DNA from: Candidatus Uhrbacteria bacterium CG10_big_fil_rev_8_21_14_0_10_50_16
Lineage (GTDB): Bacteria > Patescibacteriota > Patescibacteriia > UBA9934 > UBA11717
Reading direction: 5' to 3'
DNA length: 64,000 bases
NCBI GenBank assembly: GCA_002774875.1
Contig: PCYM01000001.1
Span: 246,153-310,152, forward strand
The notes beneath the pieces are model-generated. The model worked only from the letters and a program-made list of their open reading frames with translations, was not told where the DNA came from and made no database searches. Positions 38,475-49,290 of the stretch are shown here, piece after piece; position 1 is the stretch's first letter; each line of letters starts with the position of its first letter. Made by a program: the position numbers and the translations under genes.

Positions 38475-38654
38475 GGCCACAACGCTCTCCCTACACGCTC
38501 CGAGCCTTGCTCGGAGTCCACTTTTTTAAACTTATACACACCGATCCCCCGTTGACAGGTTTACGGGTCCTTTGCTGCCAGGAAACCATTGACAAAATCA
38601 ACAAATCCACGTAAACAAGAGGCAGTTCTCCTAACCTTGGATCCTGGAGGTCCC

Positions 38655-39080
38655 ATGAGCATCAGTATTTTTGCAGAACGACTCAGCGAGCAGGCTTTGC
38701 TCCTCAACGAACTTCTGGCAGAACTCACTACTTCTGTCGATGGCGACGAAGGACAACCGCAATCCAACCAGGGCAGGACTGACCAGGATCTCTCCATGAC
38801 GGTCACGGTGGGTGGACGCCACGCGCGCGTCACCTACCGGCAAGAAGGTCAGGACACTGGCAGGCCCGAGGTCGAGGTCGCGTTGCTGCTTGGCAACCAG
38901 GAACGTCCGTCGATCGCCTGGTGCAGAGGGTTGAATGGCGAGGCCTACACCACTGGTGTGATCGGCTGCTACGACCCCGTGTTGATTGCGTGCGAAGGCA
39001 TAGAGAAGAGGTCGCTGAACTGCAAACTCCGCTCTTTGCTCGCGCTCATGGACAAGCACAAGAACACCCCCGTCGCTTAG
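38655..39080 (+). CDS. orphan hypothetical protein
   Basis: TTGACA at 38589, GGAGG at 38646, ATG at 38655. Confidence 0.65.
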   Translation: MSISIFAERLSEQALLLNELLAELTTSVDGDEGQPQSNQGRTDQDLSMTVTVGGRHARVTYRQEGQDTGRPEVEVALLLGNQERPSIAWCRGLNGEAYTTGVIGCYDPVLIACEGIEKRSLNCKLRSLLALMDKHKNTPVA

Positions 39081-39104
39081 GCGACACACCCACCCGGAGA
39101 CACC

Positions 39105-39569
39105 ATGCACGACCCGTTTAACGACTTGCTGGAGAATCACAAAGTTCGGGGTATCGTTCTGAAGCTCGTATGCGAAATGCAGGCATTCGCGCAAGAACAT
39201 GGGTACGCATGCCGTCTGGAGCGGTTCAATCGCGGCAGCTATGCAAGAGGCTCTATCGCCACGCTCCGCATTGCCGAGCACGAGGTGAGTGTCGAGGTGA
39301 GTGAGACGGCCACAAGCCCAACGGCGATCAACATCGGTCTCAAGTGGTTCACTGGGCAACCAGGGAATCACTCGGTGCAATGGAACTTCGCTCATCACGA
39401 CATGGACGGACGCATCGTTCTGGCTGCGACCTACGGCGACAACGCTGTTCAACGCGTGGTTGATCAGGCGCCCGAGACCACCGGGACGGCACTCGCTCTG
39501 CTCCTGGACGCCCTCCACGAGGCCGCCCAAGCAGAACACGCCAAGCAGCGCAGCCCGACGCTCCACTAG
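39105..39569 (+). CDS. orphan hypothetical protein
   Basis: GGAG SD, GC-rich codons, long hairpin plus U-tract after the stop. Confidence 0.65.
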   Translation: MHDPFNDLLENHKVRGIVLKLVCEMQAFAQEHGYACRLERFNRGSYARGSIATLRIAEHEVSVEVSETATSPTAINIGLKWFTGQPGNHSVQWNFAHHDMDGRIVLAATYGDNAVQRVVDQAPETTGTALALLLDALHEAAQAEHAKQRSPTLH

Positions 39570-39655
39570 CACCTCATGACCCGTTCATCCACGACCCTAT
39601 CGTCTGGTGCGCGGGTCGCAATTTTTTTCTCAAACAAACCAAAAACCACCACCGC

Positions 39656-41656
39656 TTATTGGGCGGTGGGTTTTATTTCTAATTGAATATTGAAGGTTTG
39701 GAACGGTCCTGCCTGAGTGGTGTAGGTGTAACTGTCGTTAAACCAGAACTCGGAAACCTCTGGCGGAGTCGCCGACATAATTGGCTTCCCTAGATCCAGG
39801 TCCAGATTCAACGCCACGCCTCCCACACCAGGTTGCCGCTGAATATCCAGCACATACTCCCCGCGATCCACCATCTCCTTAACGTAGTCTGGCAATTTAT
39901 AGGTAAATGAAAGTTGTCCATTTGCACCCGGCTCCACCGCGGTAAACGCCCCAAACACCGTAGCGCCAAACTCCTGGCCCACGTCCACCGCACCTGCAGC
40001 ACCCGAAGGATTCTTGGTTCGATCATTAAGTAACGACCCCTCTACACGAATCAACTCGCTTCCCAACGGCGCATAGACCCGGGTATAAGTACGGTAGCGC
40101 GTGGTTCGGTAATCAAATCCCCCCAAATGATCGTAGTTAATCTGCGCGGTTGCAATCAACTCGCCTGCAGGGTTTGTGTGCACCGAGTAGGTATACGCAC
40201 GCGTAATCGCTTTATCCGTCTTGAGCGCCGCTAGATTTGTATCCACAATCATCATATGATCGTGCTCGGCATTAATGCGCAGATCCCCCGACCAATGCTC
40301 GCGCTCAAAAATACGTTGTACCTCGGGCTTCACGCCATAGAGCATAATGTCGTTGTTATCGAGCAATTGCAGCGTCATGCGCGCCAAGTCTCCCAACTGC
40401 TCCGTATTCGCGTCCTTTAACCGTGCAAACAACGCATTGATCATCTCTCCAATCACATCTTTACGATCCAGAGTCTCAATTCCCTTATTCACAAACGCCT
40501 GTTCTACCTCAAACTCTAATACGTCATAAAAATTCTCCGGTGTGAACGTTACAGACCCCGTATCTACATCTCCAAACAACTTGAGCAACTCCACACCAAG
40601 CTGCGGATTTACCAAGATCACGCCCTGAAAATTGACACGCGGAGCGGTAACGTATTGTTGATCCGGTAAACGCGTTTCGTTGGCATAGGCCTCCAACGCG
40701 CGCTGTGCGGATGCAGGCACATCTGGTGACCAATTGATGTCACGTAAATACCATTTGTCGATTCCAAGATAGCGTTTCATGGGAAGAGGGGGCTCTGCGG
40801 TAATCACTCCCTCGGAGGGAAAATCAACCGCATACACATCGTCTGTAAAAATCTCTGCGATCTCTCCATTTTCTACTCGTAGCACGCCATAGGTTCCCCA
40901 AAAACCGCCCGTTGGCCGCAACTCACCATCGTTTTGTAGCAAAAGAAGGTAATGCTGTGCCCCATTAAAGCCACCCATATCCGGTAAAACGCTCAACACC
41001 GGTATAAGTACGTTCAACGTGTCGTCCAAGCGACGGATTTGATCGAGGAGTTCTGTTCGGACAATCCTAAGACCAAAAAATAGTTCATCTCCATCAAGCG
41101 TCTCCAGTCCAAGTCGTTGTTGATTTAATCGTGCCTTCGCGCGCTCCAAATCTGGCACTTTTCGACTCAGTGCAAACACAAGCTCTTTCCGCATTTCAGG
41201 CGTTAGCTCCGTAAAATGCTCCACGCTCGCCAATCCTTCCACTAACCCCACGGATTGCAAATCAGATTCAATGTCAACACCAATATCTAACAAGGTTCGA
41301 ATTACCTCCAACGACACACGACCGTCATTCACAAGTTCGATTAAGGACGACACCTGATTCCCCAAATACGGAACAGGCCTTAAAAATCCAAACAAACGTA
41401 CTCGCGACTCAATCGTCTCAAGCTCTGTGGTTGCGTCTGTAATCGCCAAACTTGCACCCGCAATATCTCTATTGACCAACGCCGTCTGCGCATCACCAAC
41501 ACGTTCACGAATCACGCTTGCGCGCTGCAAACCGTCCACAACGGCCAGCGAACTCAGGCCAAGAACAAGCACAACAATGCCTGCCGCGATCGCAACAAAC
41601 AAGGCAACTTTTTTTTGACGGTGACGTCGATGAAAGAATGCGTCCGTGTGTGACAT
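39656..41656 (-). CDS. DUF4012 domain membrane-anchored protein
   Basis: YLLLLQNDGELRPTGGFWG and LRDINWSPD motifs. Confidence 0.9.
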   Translation of the reverse strand: MSHTDAFFHRRHRQKKVALFVAIAAGIVVLVLGLSSLAVVDGLQRASVIRERVGDAQTALVNRDIAGASLAITDATTELETIESRVRLFGFLRPVPYLGNQVSSLIELVNDGRVSLEVIRTLLDIGVDIESDLQSVGLVEGLASVEHFTELTPEMRKELVFALSRKVPDLERAKARLNQQRLGLETLDGDELFFGLRIVRTELLDQIRRLDDTLNVLIPVLSVLPDMGGFNGAQHYLLLLQNDGELRPTGGFWGTYGVLRVENGEIAEIFTDDVYAVDFPSEGVITAEPPLPMKRYLGIDKWYLRDINWSPDVPASAQRALEAYANETRLPDQQYVTAPRVNFQGVILVNPQLGVELLKLFGDVDTGSVTFTPENFYDVLEFEVEQAFVNKGIETLDRKDVIGEMINALFARLKDANTEQLGDLARMTLQLLDNNDIMLYGVKPEVQRIFEREHWSGDLRINAEHDHMMIVDTNLAALKTDKAITRAYTYSVHTNPAGELIATAQINYDHLGGFDYRTTRYRTYTRVYAPLGSELIRVEGSLLNDRTKNPSGAAGAVDVGQEFGATVFGAFTAVEPGANGQLSFTYKLPDYVKEMVDRGEYVLDIQRQPGVGGVALNLDLDLGKPIMSATPPEVSEFWFNDSYTYTTQAGPFQTFNIQLEIKPTAQ

Positions 41657-41675
41657 ATAGGGAGAGTATAGCACG

Positions 41676-42698
41676 CTAAACAATGTACCCGTTAATAACA
41701 GAAACGGGTTCACGCTGTTGCATCTTCATTTCTTGACGTTTTTTGCGTATGGATGGCAACGTGGTTCCGATTGATCGTAGATACGACAATCCATATCGAT
41801 CCCCTACCACCATCTTAACCGTCGGTAGAACATCTCCAATAAAAAACGAAGCAGAGCGTCTGAGCACCTGACCCAACGACACGTGTTTTGCAAGACAGAG
41901 CAATCGATCACGCTGTCGTAGTCCCCGAAGTCGATGTTTGCGCGTGTCTACCTGTTCCCCATAAACCCCGCTAAATGTATAGGCGTGCGCATCCGACGTA
42001 ACGGCTATTCCCCAGCCTGCGCGTTGTAATCGCCACGCGAGATCGACAAAACATTCTTCTGTTTTAAAATCTGTATCAAAAAATTGTTTACCCGTGTGTT
42101 GAATGCTCTCGAGCGCAGAAAGTCTAAGCAATACGCATGCGTCAGACAGAGCAAACACGTGTGTAAGCCCCTCATACTGATTTTGATTAACTTCGTCCTT
42201 CCCTCGATCCTCCACCGCAAGCCCGCGCGTCAGAAAGCGACCTGCCGAAGCCAAATGATCCGACTCCACACGCTCGCGCAATGCCTCGTCCGACCGATTT
42301 TCTTCAAAAAGTTTTAGGATCAACGGACCAACAGCCGCTAATGTTGGATCTTTATCGAGTTGGTCAACAAGGGCATCTAAACACCCTGCGTCTAAAACAG
42401 TATCAATCCCCAAGCAAAGCACATAGGCCTGTGTCGTGGGTTGATCACCCGTTGCCTGCAGGGCGAGACGTACGCCTTGATTTTGCGCCACTGCCACGCC
42501 TTTATTGTTTGGGTTACGTACAAGCACCGTCGAGGGAGATTGATGACGAAGCATCTCTGCAAGTCCATCGACAGACGCATTGTCAATCACCCGCAATCTA
42601 AATGTCTCTAATGTTTGCTCAGACAACGCCTTAAGCACTTCTGGCAATGTCGTCATGTTATTACACGTAACAAGATGCACACTCACGCGTGGGATCAT
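41676..42698 (-). CDS. glycosyltransferase family 2 (divergent)
   Basis: VIDNASVDG, N.N.G.A.AQNQG, DLAWRLQRAGW. Confidence 0.85.
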   Translation of the reverse strand: MIPRVSVHLVTCNNMTTLPEVLKALSEQTLETFRLRVIDNASVDGLAEMLRHQSPSTVLVRNPNNKGVAVAQNQGVRLALQATGDQPTTQAYVLCLGIDTVLDAGCLDALVDQLDKDPTLAAVGPLILKLFEENRSDEALRERVESDHLASAGRFLTRGLAVEDRGKDEVNQNQYEGLTHVFALSDACVLLRLSALESIQHTGKQFFDTDFKTEECFVDLAWRLQRAGWGIAVTSDAHAYTFSGVYGEQVDTRKHRLRGLRQRDRLLCLAKHVSLGQVLRRSASFFIGDVLPTVKMVVGDRYGLSYLRSIGTTLPSIRKKRQEMKMQQREPVSVINGYIV

Positions 42699-42699
42699 A

Positions 42700-44169
42700 C
42701 TAACGCCGCTTTTTTGTCACATTGAATCCGAGATATTTACCAAGGGCAAAGCGTGTTTGTGCGTCGATCGCAGGAATAGCACCAAACAAGATAAACGTCA
42801 CCGGCAAAAGCACCCACTGTGCAATTAAGATCAGCCATGTCCAAGATTTAACTTGTTTTGGGCGGCGAGGAAGTAAGGAGAATGAAAGCGCACCTGAGAA
42901 GAGGATTCCCATAGCCGCCACACGCATAATCCATTCCAACGTAAACGGTGCGTTGTGCGCAATCGCATCCGAGCTATTTTTTGCAAGCTCTAGCGGTAAC
43001 CAACCCATGATAAAGATCACAATCGGCGCTGTGGCCCATGTAAACATACCTTCCAAATGGTTCCACAACAATCGCCAGCGTATAGTAAACGGAATTTCCT
43101 TGTCCTCCCAAATCTGTCTAATAATGTAAGGAAAATGCTCTACCCCCCACGCCCATCGACGTTGTTGTTTATACAATGCACGCAAACTATTCGCATATCC
43201 CGTCCCAGCAACAGCATCCATACTCACTGGCAAATATAATGGTTCAGCACGGTAGTCCCCCTTGTATCGCTTCACGCCCTGCAAAAAAATGCGTGAATCC
43301 TCCGACACCATGTCTTTTTCCCAAAATCCCACATCTACCAACATCTTAAACGGCATGGAGTGAGAAGAGAACGTCCACATACGGTGCGGGCGTGCGAGTT
43401 CTCCAAACAGCCAAAACGTCGTTCCAAATGCCGAGATACGAATTGGCGCAGGTGATTCCCAAATATTATTGTTAAACACAATCACGGGTTGATAGCTCGT
43501 GCGCTGTGGCTTGGCCGTTGTGGCAAAAGAATGCGTAAGGTGAGCAAAATACTGCAAATGCACCACCGTATCCACGTCAAAAGACGAGGCGATGGCTCGC
43601 TCATAAGGGATACCGCGACGATCAAGTTCCTTTTGTACCTGGTGTCCGGACCAATTAAGGTTGGATCCTTTTCCTGGAATCTCATCCGGCAAATTCGCCG
43701 GATGTTCTGTGACAAACAGTCCGCCAAACTCCTTTCCATATTTTTTTTGCATCAGAGAACACACGCTTGCAAAATGCTCGTGCGCCCGTTCTTCGCCTGC
43801 CAGCACGATCAAAATCCGCTCGTTTGGAAACGTCGACTGCTTAATAGTGCGTAAGGTTTCATCCACAATCTCCACCGGCTCCTTCACCATCGGCAAAAAA
43901 ACCACATGCCAATACTCTTCCCAGTGATCCACCTCCGTTTGCAGTCGTTCCATCCAATTGGTAGCCTCTGCAATCCGATGTTGTCGCCAGGCGTGAATAA
44001 CAAACACAATAAAATACAGGACGCGATACATCCAATAAAGATCAAACACGATAATGACCTCGATTGCAAGGATAGGGGCAAAAAACGACAACGCAATTGC
44101 CACAACAAACGTTCCCCACACGAGAGAAGCTGGGATCATCTCCAGTCCACGATGTTTTCCGTATTGCAT
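42700..44169 (-). CDS. membrane GT2 glycosyltransferase (processive type)
   Basis: GKGSN, DVD, SED, QQRRWAWG, flanking TMs. Confidence 0.9.
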   Translation of the reverse strand: MQYGKHRGLEMIPASLVWGTFVVAIALSFFAPILAIEVIIVFDLYWMYRVLYFIVFVIHAWRQHRIAEATNWMERLQTEVDHWEEYWHVVFLPMVKEPVEIVDETLRTIKQSTFPNERILIVLAGEERAHEHFASVCSLMQKKYGKEFGGLFVTEHPANLPDEIPGKGSNLNWSGHQVQKELDRRGIPYERAIASSFDVDTVVHLQYFAHLTHSFATTAKPQRTSYQPVIVFNNNIWESPAPIRISAFGTTFWLFGELARPHRMWTFSSHSMPFKMLVDVGFWEKDMVSEDSRIFLQGVKRYKGDYRAEPLYLPVSMDAVAGTGYANSLRALYKQQRRWAWGVEHFPYIIRQIWEDKEIPFTIRWRLLWNHLEGMFTWATAPIVIFIMGWLPLELAKNSSDAIAHNAPFTLEWIMRVAAMGILFSGALSFSLLPRRPKQVKSWTWLILIAQWVLLPVTFILFGAIPAIDAQTRFALGKYLGFNVTKKRR

Positions 44170-44277
44170 AGCTCTAGTATAGCATTATCTTCTTCCAAGC
44201 CTATTTGTTGACATTCCAAGTGGCTGAGGACGAAATAAAAACACCCCGCGTCATCTGACCGCGAGGTGTTCCATTTT

Positions 44278-44958
44278 TTATTTGTGACCAATATCTTCTC
44301 CGAGTTTCTTAAGGAATGCTTTTGCGTGCTCCTGTCCTCCGAGCCCAAAGGCGAGACCACCCGCAATCGCGAGCATACCGACTAATCCCATGGTCAACGT
44401 CTGCAACAATGCTGGAGCGATTCCCAATTGTTCCATCGCTGCAATGAAGGCGAATACAAACACGGCCCACTTAGAAATTCCTGCCAACAGGTGTGCACCA
44501 CCAAGTTTAGAAGCTTTCACCGCGGTCATCACGATGTCATAGACGAACGATCCCAACACGACACCCATCAACAAAATCACGGCTGCAATAAACGCGCTTG
44601 GGATATAGAGAACCACATCGTTTAAGAACTGTGTGATCTGTGACCAACCGAGAACGTCCGCAGCAGCGATCAATGCGAGAATAATCACGAACCATTTTAC
44701 GATCCATCCAAACAACATTCCCACATGCAAGTTAAAGCCAACCTTCTTTGCCATGTCGGTGACACCCGTGCGCTTCAACAACATGTCTACTCTAATTGCG
44801 GACACGATTTTTTCTACAACCACACGCAACGCCCAAGCAACAATCAACCCAATAATGAGAATAATAATAGCTCCAAGGAGCTCGGGAAGAAAAGAGAACA
44901 TCTGGGCGAGCAGCGACTGAAACGTCAACTGCAATACACCAATAGCATCTTGTTGCAT
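44278..44958 (-). CDS. MscS-associated TM-helix repeat protein (CmpX-like)
   Basis: Two P....A.II...G repeats; A.GLAFGLGG. Confidence 0.85.
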   Translation of the reverse strand: MQQDAIGVLQLTFQSLLAQMFSFLPELLGAIIILIIGLIVAWALRVVVEKIVSAIRVDMLLKRTGVTDMAKKVGFNLHVGMLFGWIVKWFVIILALIAAADVLGWSQITQFLNDVVLYIPSAFIAAVILLMGVVLGSFVYDIVMTAVKASKLGGAHLLAGISKWAVFVFAFIAAMEQLGIAPALLQTLTMGLVGMLAIAGGLAFGLGGQEHAKAFLKKLGEDIGHK

Positions 44959-45106
44959 AGGAGAGTTGTTAGGCCCGAAGGCTGTTTAAGATAAGAGAAC
45001 GATATCCTTGTACGCGATTCTATCAACGTCCGCATGAAAGGTTTATCTGACTCTAGTATAACACTCTGGGTCACAGATACATGGGCATCTGTGGATAAAT
45101 TTGTGT

Positions 45107-45475
45107 TCAAGAAACCTTTTTGGCCAATGAGATATTTGGCTCAGAAAAATAGTCTGGTTCCAAAGGTATTATGGCGAGTGTTGCCTTAGAAAGGTTATCT
45201 TCAAATAGCTGTACCTCTTTACTATGGAGAGGTGCCAATGCATTAACAAGCGTGATCAGCCCTCTAACCGACGTATAAGATTCCACATGTGCCGAAACAA
45301 ACCATACCGTGATTTTTTCCCAACCACCACTTTTTTGAACCTCTAACTCTATTTCGCGTAAATAGTGTTCCGAGGGGATCATCTGAGCCGTTGCCGATAG
45401 AACGTCAAAAGACGCTACATTTTCTGTAACGCCTACCTGGATTCCCGCTTTTACAAGCCGAGTGATCAAAACCAT
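45107..45475 (-). CDS. short degenerate TsaB-like protein
   Basis: SYTSVRG...VNALA resembles the TsaB SFTGLR helix; C-terminal P.Y..EPNI. Confidence 0.45.
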   Translation of the reverse strand: MVLITRLVKAGIQVGVTENVASFDVLSATAQMIPSEHYLREIELEVQKSGGWEKITVWFVSAHVESYTSVRGLITLVNALAPLHSKEVQLFEDNLSKATLAIIPLEPDYFSEPNISLAKKVS

Positions 45476-45476
45476 G

Positions 45477-46085
45477 TTAAGGAAGCGTGTTATGAATCTC
45501 AATGAATTCACCGTCTAGAATTGACATCAGGAACCGATCCGAAATATCTCGTCGATACAAATATTCATCCGTTGGCATCACTGTGTAGTTAATCTCACAG
45601 CCAAGTTCCTGTTCAAACCCCTCAATACGTTCTTTGAGATTTTTTTGTTCTGGAGATCCAACAATCAACATATCCGTTTCATTCTCCGTGCCTCCTGTAA
45701 ACATCCCCGTCAAAATCAACACCTGAATGGGTTGCTCATCAACAAGCGTACGAACCAGGTCCTGCTGGATTAATACCGAGGCTTTTGCAAACAACGATTG
45801 CAATTCTTCATAGAGACCAAAATTCTTGTTCACCTGATAGTACTTTTTTCGATCCTTTTTCCCCTCGTCCTCCGTATCTTCCATCTCTACAACAACGCCT
45901 AATTCCACCAGGTTATTGAGCTCGCGTCGCACGGAATTCAACTGGGCGTTGATTTTCCGCGTCAATTCACGCACAAAAAAACGTGTATCCTGATTTTTCA
46001 GGAACAACTGTAAAAGTCGAGATCGGGTCTTTGAACCAAAAAGCTGTTCAATACCGAATCGTTCGTTGTCGCTTCCCTTCTTCAT
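45477..46085 (-). CDS. winged-HTH protein with nucleotidyltransferase-like C-domain
   Basis: LFGSKTR.RLL, FFVRELTR, NSVRREL; DMLIVG...EINYTVM. Confidence 0.8.
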   Translation of the reverse strand: MKKGSDNERFGIEQLFGSKTRSRLLQLFLKNQDTRFFVRELTRKINAQLNSVRRELNNLVELGVVVEMEDTEDEGKKDRKKYYQVNKNFGLYEELQSLFAKASVLIQQDLVRTLVDEQPIQVLILTGMFTGGTENETDMLIVGSPEQKNLKERIEGFEQELGCEINYTVMPTDEYLYRRDISDRFLMSILDGEFIEIHNTLP

Positions 46086-46169
46086 AGGATATGAGAGGTT
46101 ATCAATAAGCTCGTCCTCCTCTTTTTGCTATGGTAGTATCCTACGTGAGATAGCTCTTTTCCGCAATAT

Positions 46170-48311
46170 ATGGAATCCAGTAGGTTAGAAATCAAAGCAG
46201 CGAGTCGAGAAATGCTCCGAGGGAAACCTCGTGGGACGTTTTTAACATTCACACAGCCGCTTGAACACAATAACGGCCACGTGTTCCTTTTATTAGACTT
46301 AGACGCTACGTGTAAGGTGGCGCCCAACGTGATTGCACTATTAAGAGAATCCGTAGAACGCCTTGGTCGTACGTTAAGCGCCGAAAGTCACCTACAACAT
46401 AGATTCGAACAAGTATTGCAATCAGTGAATGAAGATCTTTCTGAGTTGATAGAAAAGGGTGTGTGTCCGACAGAGAGTCTTCATATTGCGCTTGGCGTCT
46501 TGCGTGATGGCGCATTCATTCTTTCGGCCACAGGAGAACTTAATGCCCTTTTTTTGCGCAAAACAGCAAAGCAACGGTTCCGTGTTTTTGATCTTTCACA
46601 AAATTTACAATCAGAGGCCGGTAAAATTGAGGAACGAAAATTATTTAGTGTTGTCCTTGATGGAGATCTACAGGCAGACGACGTACTCTTTCTTGCATCA
46701 CGCGAATTACAAAATGTTCTCACGGTAGAGGAGATTCACCCCCTCCTTTCTACCCTCCCGCCAGCGAGCGCGCTTGAGGCTATTGAGCAATATCTCCCCG
46801 TTAAAACACATCTCTCAATTGTGCTCTTTCAGGTGCGTGTGGAAAAGGACATCCTCACAGGGTTTGGAAAGCACACAACCGGCAAATCGAGTATGAACGC
46901 TCTTCTGGAGTCAGAGCGTAAAACAACATCCATGTTGGAATTAGAAAAACCGCACGTGCAACAAACATTTAGCCAATTTGTTCGTCTGGTGCGATCCGGC
47001 AATGCCATTGAACGCAAGGAGACCTTGCGACGTATTGGCGAGCGTCTCTTGCATTGGATAAAAATACTCGGCTCACAAGCGTTTCATATTCTCACGAGTA
47101 TTGCCGTTTCGGTTGTTTCTCTTCTCTCCGCGATCGTAACGCGAGGGTCAAGACGTGAGCGATCGATTAAAAATATGAAGAGTACCTGGGGACGCACAAT
47201 CAACTCTATTAAGGCACAATTTCATCATGCGGGCTGGGGAAGCCGGCTTTTGCTCATAAGTGGTATCGTGTTTGTCGTCCTTTTCTCCAGTATTACCGCC
47301 TACACACGATTCCAGACAACCTCCCAAACAGAACGCGAAGTGATCACTGCAACGTTTGATGAGATTCAAAGTAAACGCGATCGTGCACACGCAAGCAATC
47401 TCTATCAAGACGAAGCCGCTGCACGACAACAACTCCAAGAGGCACTCTCGCTACTCGACACAATTGATACCAAGAAGCAGACACAGAAAGACCAAGTTGA
47501 ACAAGTTCGTGCGGGTATCCTGGAGGATCTTAATGTCATTCGACACCTCTTGCAGCCAACGATTACAACGATTCCCGTCGTAAACCAGGTCATTGCTTCC
47601 GGCGAGAAATCAACGGTCTATTTCCGTGACGGATCCCAGGCGAACCTCAACGGATCAACTCTGGAGCCCGCTGAACGTACGGGCGAGGAAACGGGCTATT
47701 TGAGACTTGTCACCACCTATAACGACACGGTCGTGGGGCTTGATGAACACAATACGTTTCTTGCCTATCACTCTGATACGCAATCATGGAGTCGTGTTGG
47801 AATTAACTCGGTAGAAGGTGAATTTACCGACGCCGTAGATCTTTTCCATTACGGGGAACGACTCTATGTTCTCACGTCCAGCAATCTCTACAGGCATCAA
47901 CGTGTAGAAAACGGCGAATACGGCCCCGGCACTTCCTGGCTCCAAGATCCCGTTGATTTGAGTCAGGTGCAGGCGATTGCGATCGATGGCAATGTCTGGC
48001 TGGCCGACAATGGTTCTGTACGACGATTAGAGCAAGGACGCGAAGTTGGAGCAGACATGAGTTCCATCGATCCACCACTTGGAGCTGTGCGTGATTTGTG
48101 GACCAACGCGGAGACGCCGTTTCTCTTTATCTTAGACCCTGCCAACAAACGCGTGATTGTCTACAATAAGGAAACGCAGACTCTCGTGAACCAATACGTG
48201 GACGACGCCATCGGGAGCGCCTTTGGCATGCGTGTAGATATCGCAAACAAAACAATTATTCTCTACGCTCCCACAACGGTCTACACCTTCCCTCTCTCAG
48301 ATACCCTTTAG
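46170..48311 (+). CDS. membrane protein: degenerate PP2C-like N-domain, TM, beta-propeller C-domain
   Basis: G.LQADDVLFLAS in the N-domain; AIAIDGNVWL and LFILDP.NKRVIV blades. Confidence 0.7.
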   Translation: MESSRLEIKAASREMLRGKPRGTFLTFTQPLEHNNGHVFLLLDLDATCKVAPNVIALLRESVERLGRTLSAESHLQHRFEQVLQSVNEDLSELIEKGVCPTESLHIALGVLRDGAFILSATGELNALFLRKTAKQRFRVFDLSQNLQSEAGKIEERKLFSVVLDGDLQADDVLFLASRELQNVLTVEEIHPLLSTLPPASALEAIEQYLPVKTHLSIVLFQVRVEKDILTGFGKHTTGKSSMNALLESERKTTSMLELEKPHVQQTFSQFVRLVRSGNAIERKETLRRIGERLLHWIKILGSQAFHILTSIAVSVVSLLSAIVTRGSRRERSIKNMKSTWGRTINSIKAQFHHAGWGSRLLLISGIVFVVLFSSITAYTRFQTTSQTEREVITATFDEIQSKRDRAHASNLYQDEAAARQQLQEALSLLDTIDTKKQTQKDQVEQVRAGILEDLNVIRHLLQPTITTIPVVNQVIASGEKSTVYFRDGSQANLNGSTLEPAERTGEETGYLRLVTTYNDTVVGLDEHNTFLAYHSDTQSWSRVGINSVEGEFTDAVDLFHYGERLYVLTSSNLYRHQRVENGEYGPGTSWLQDPVDLSQVQAIAIDGNVWLADNGSVRRLEQGREVGADMSSIDPPLGAVRDLWTNAETPFLFILDPANKRVIVYNKETQTLVNQYVDDAIGSAFGMRVDIANKTIILYAPTTVYTFPLSDTL

Positions 48312-48315
48312 GAGT

Positions 48316-49290
48316 ATGCTTATTCACGATGCGGTTTACGGTCCAACAGAGATTCTGGAACCTGTTCTTTTAGACGTGATAAACGCGCCTTCTGTTCAGC
48401 GTCTCAAACACATTGCACAATTTGGCTTGCCAGACGCCTATTGTCACCTGCATGGGTTTTCTCGTTTTGATCATTCCGTTGGTGTCCTTCTCCTGCTCGC
48501 ACACCTCGGCGCCTCGCTCGAGGAACAAGTTGCCGGGCTTCTGCACGATGTGTCCCACACCGCCTTTTCTCACGCCACAGACTGGATTTATCAAGAATCT
48601 ATCACAGAAGATGGTCAAGATTCTATTCATGCACATTTTTTGTGCACATCCGATCTCCCCACTATCTTAGAGACGCACGGGATGACCGTTACACGCATAG
48701 CGGATCATCATCTTTTTTCTCTCTTAGAACAAGACGCACCCGCGCTCTGTGCGGATCGTGTGGATTATACGTTGCGAGAATGTGACACATCCGTAACGCA
48801 AGCGTGTCTTCCATACCTGATGGTCCACGAGCATCGGATCGTTTTTTCTGATCTTGCCGCGGCACAAACACTTGCCCATGCTTACGCGGAGAGACAGCGT
48901 GTGCATTGGGGGAGCGCAGACAGCGTCTCCCGTTATAAACTCGCAGGACTGTTGTTTAAAATTGGGTTGAAGGAAGGCGTAATAACAAAGCAAGATTTTT
49001 GGACAACAGATGAGCAGGTTCTCACAAAATTAGAGTACGCCTCTTCCGCGCAGATTCAACATCTTCTCTCCGTGCTCAAAACGCCTTCGCTCTTTGAACA
49101 ATTCGCCTTTACCGTACCAACACACAAAAAATTCCGTCACATTGATCCGGATGTGTTGGTAGATCATCAGCTCGTCAGACTCTCGGAAATGGATCCGGAC
49201 TATTGCAAAACGCTCGACCAGGCACGAGTGGATAACGCACAAGGTGTACGTACTCTGGACCTTGAGGACGTAATGAGGGGGATCGAATAA
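48316..49290 (+). CDS. HD-domain phosphohydrolase
   Basis: QRLK.I.QFG, SRFDHS.GV, LLHDVSHTAFSH, ADRVDY. Confidence 0.92.
   Translation: MLIHDAVYGPTEILEPVLLDVINAPSVQRLKHIAQFGLPDAYCHLHGFSRFDHSVGVLLLLAHLGASLEEQVAGLLHDVSHTAFSHATDWIYQESITEDGQDSIHAHFLCTSDLPTILETHGMTVTRIADHHLFSLLEQDAPALCADRVDYTLRECDTSVTQACLPYLMVHEHRIVFSDLAAAQTLAHAYAERQRVHWGSADSVSRYKLAGLLFKIGLKEGVITKQDFWTTDEQVLTKLEYASSAQIQHLLSVLKTPSLFEQFAFTVPTHKKFRHIDPDVLVDHQLVRLSEMDPDYCKTLDQARVDNAQGVRTLDLEDVMRGIE

Noticed and set aside
38631-39572. 313-aa minus-strand ORF (likewise 62107-62742 and 18370-18933)
   Set aside because: Antisense shadows of better-supported genes on the other strand.
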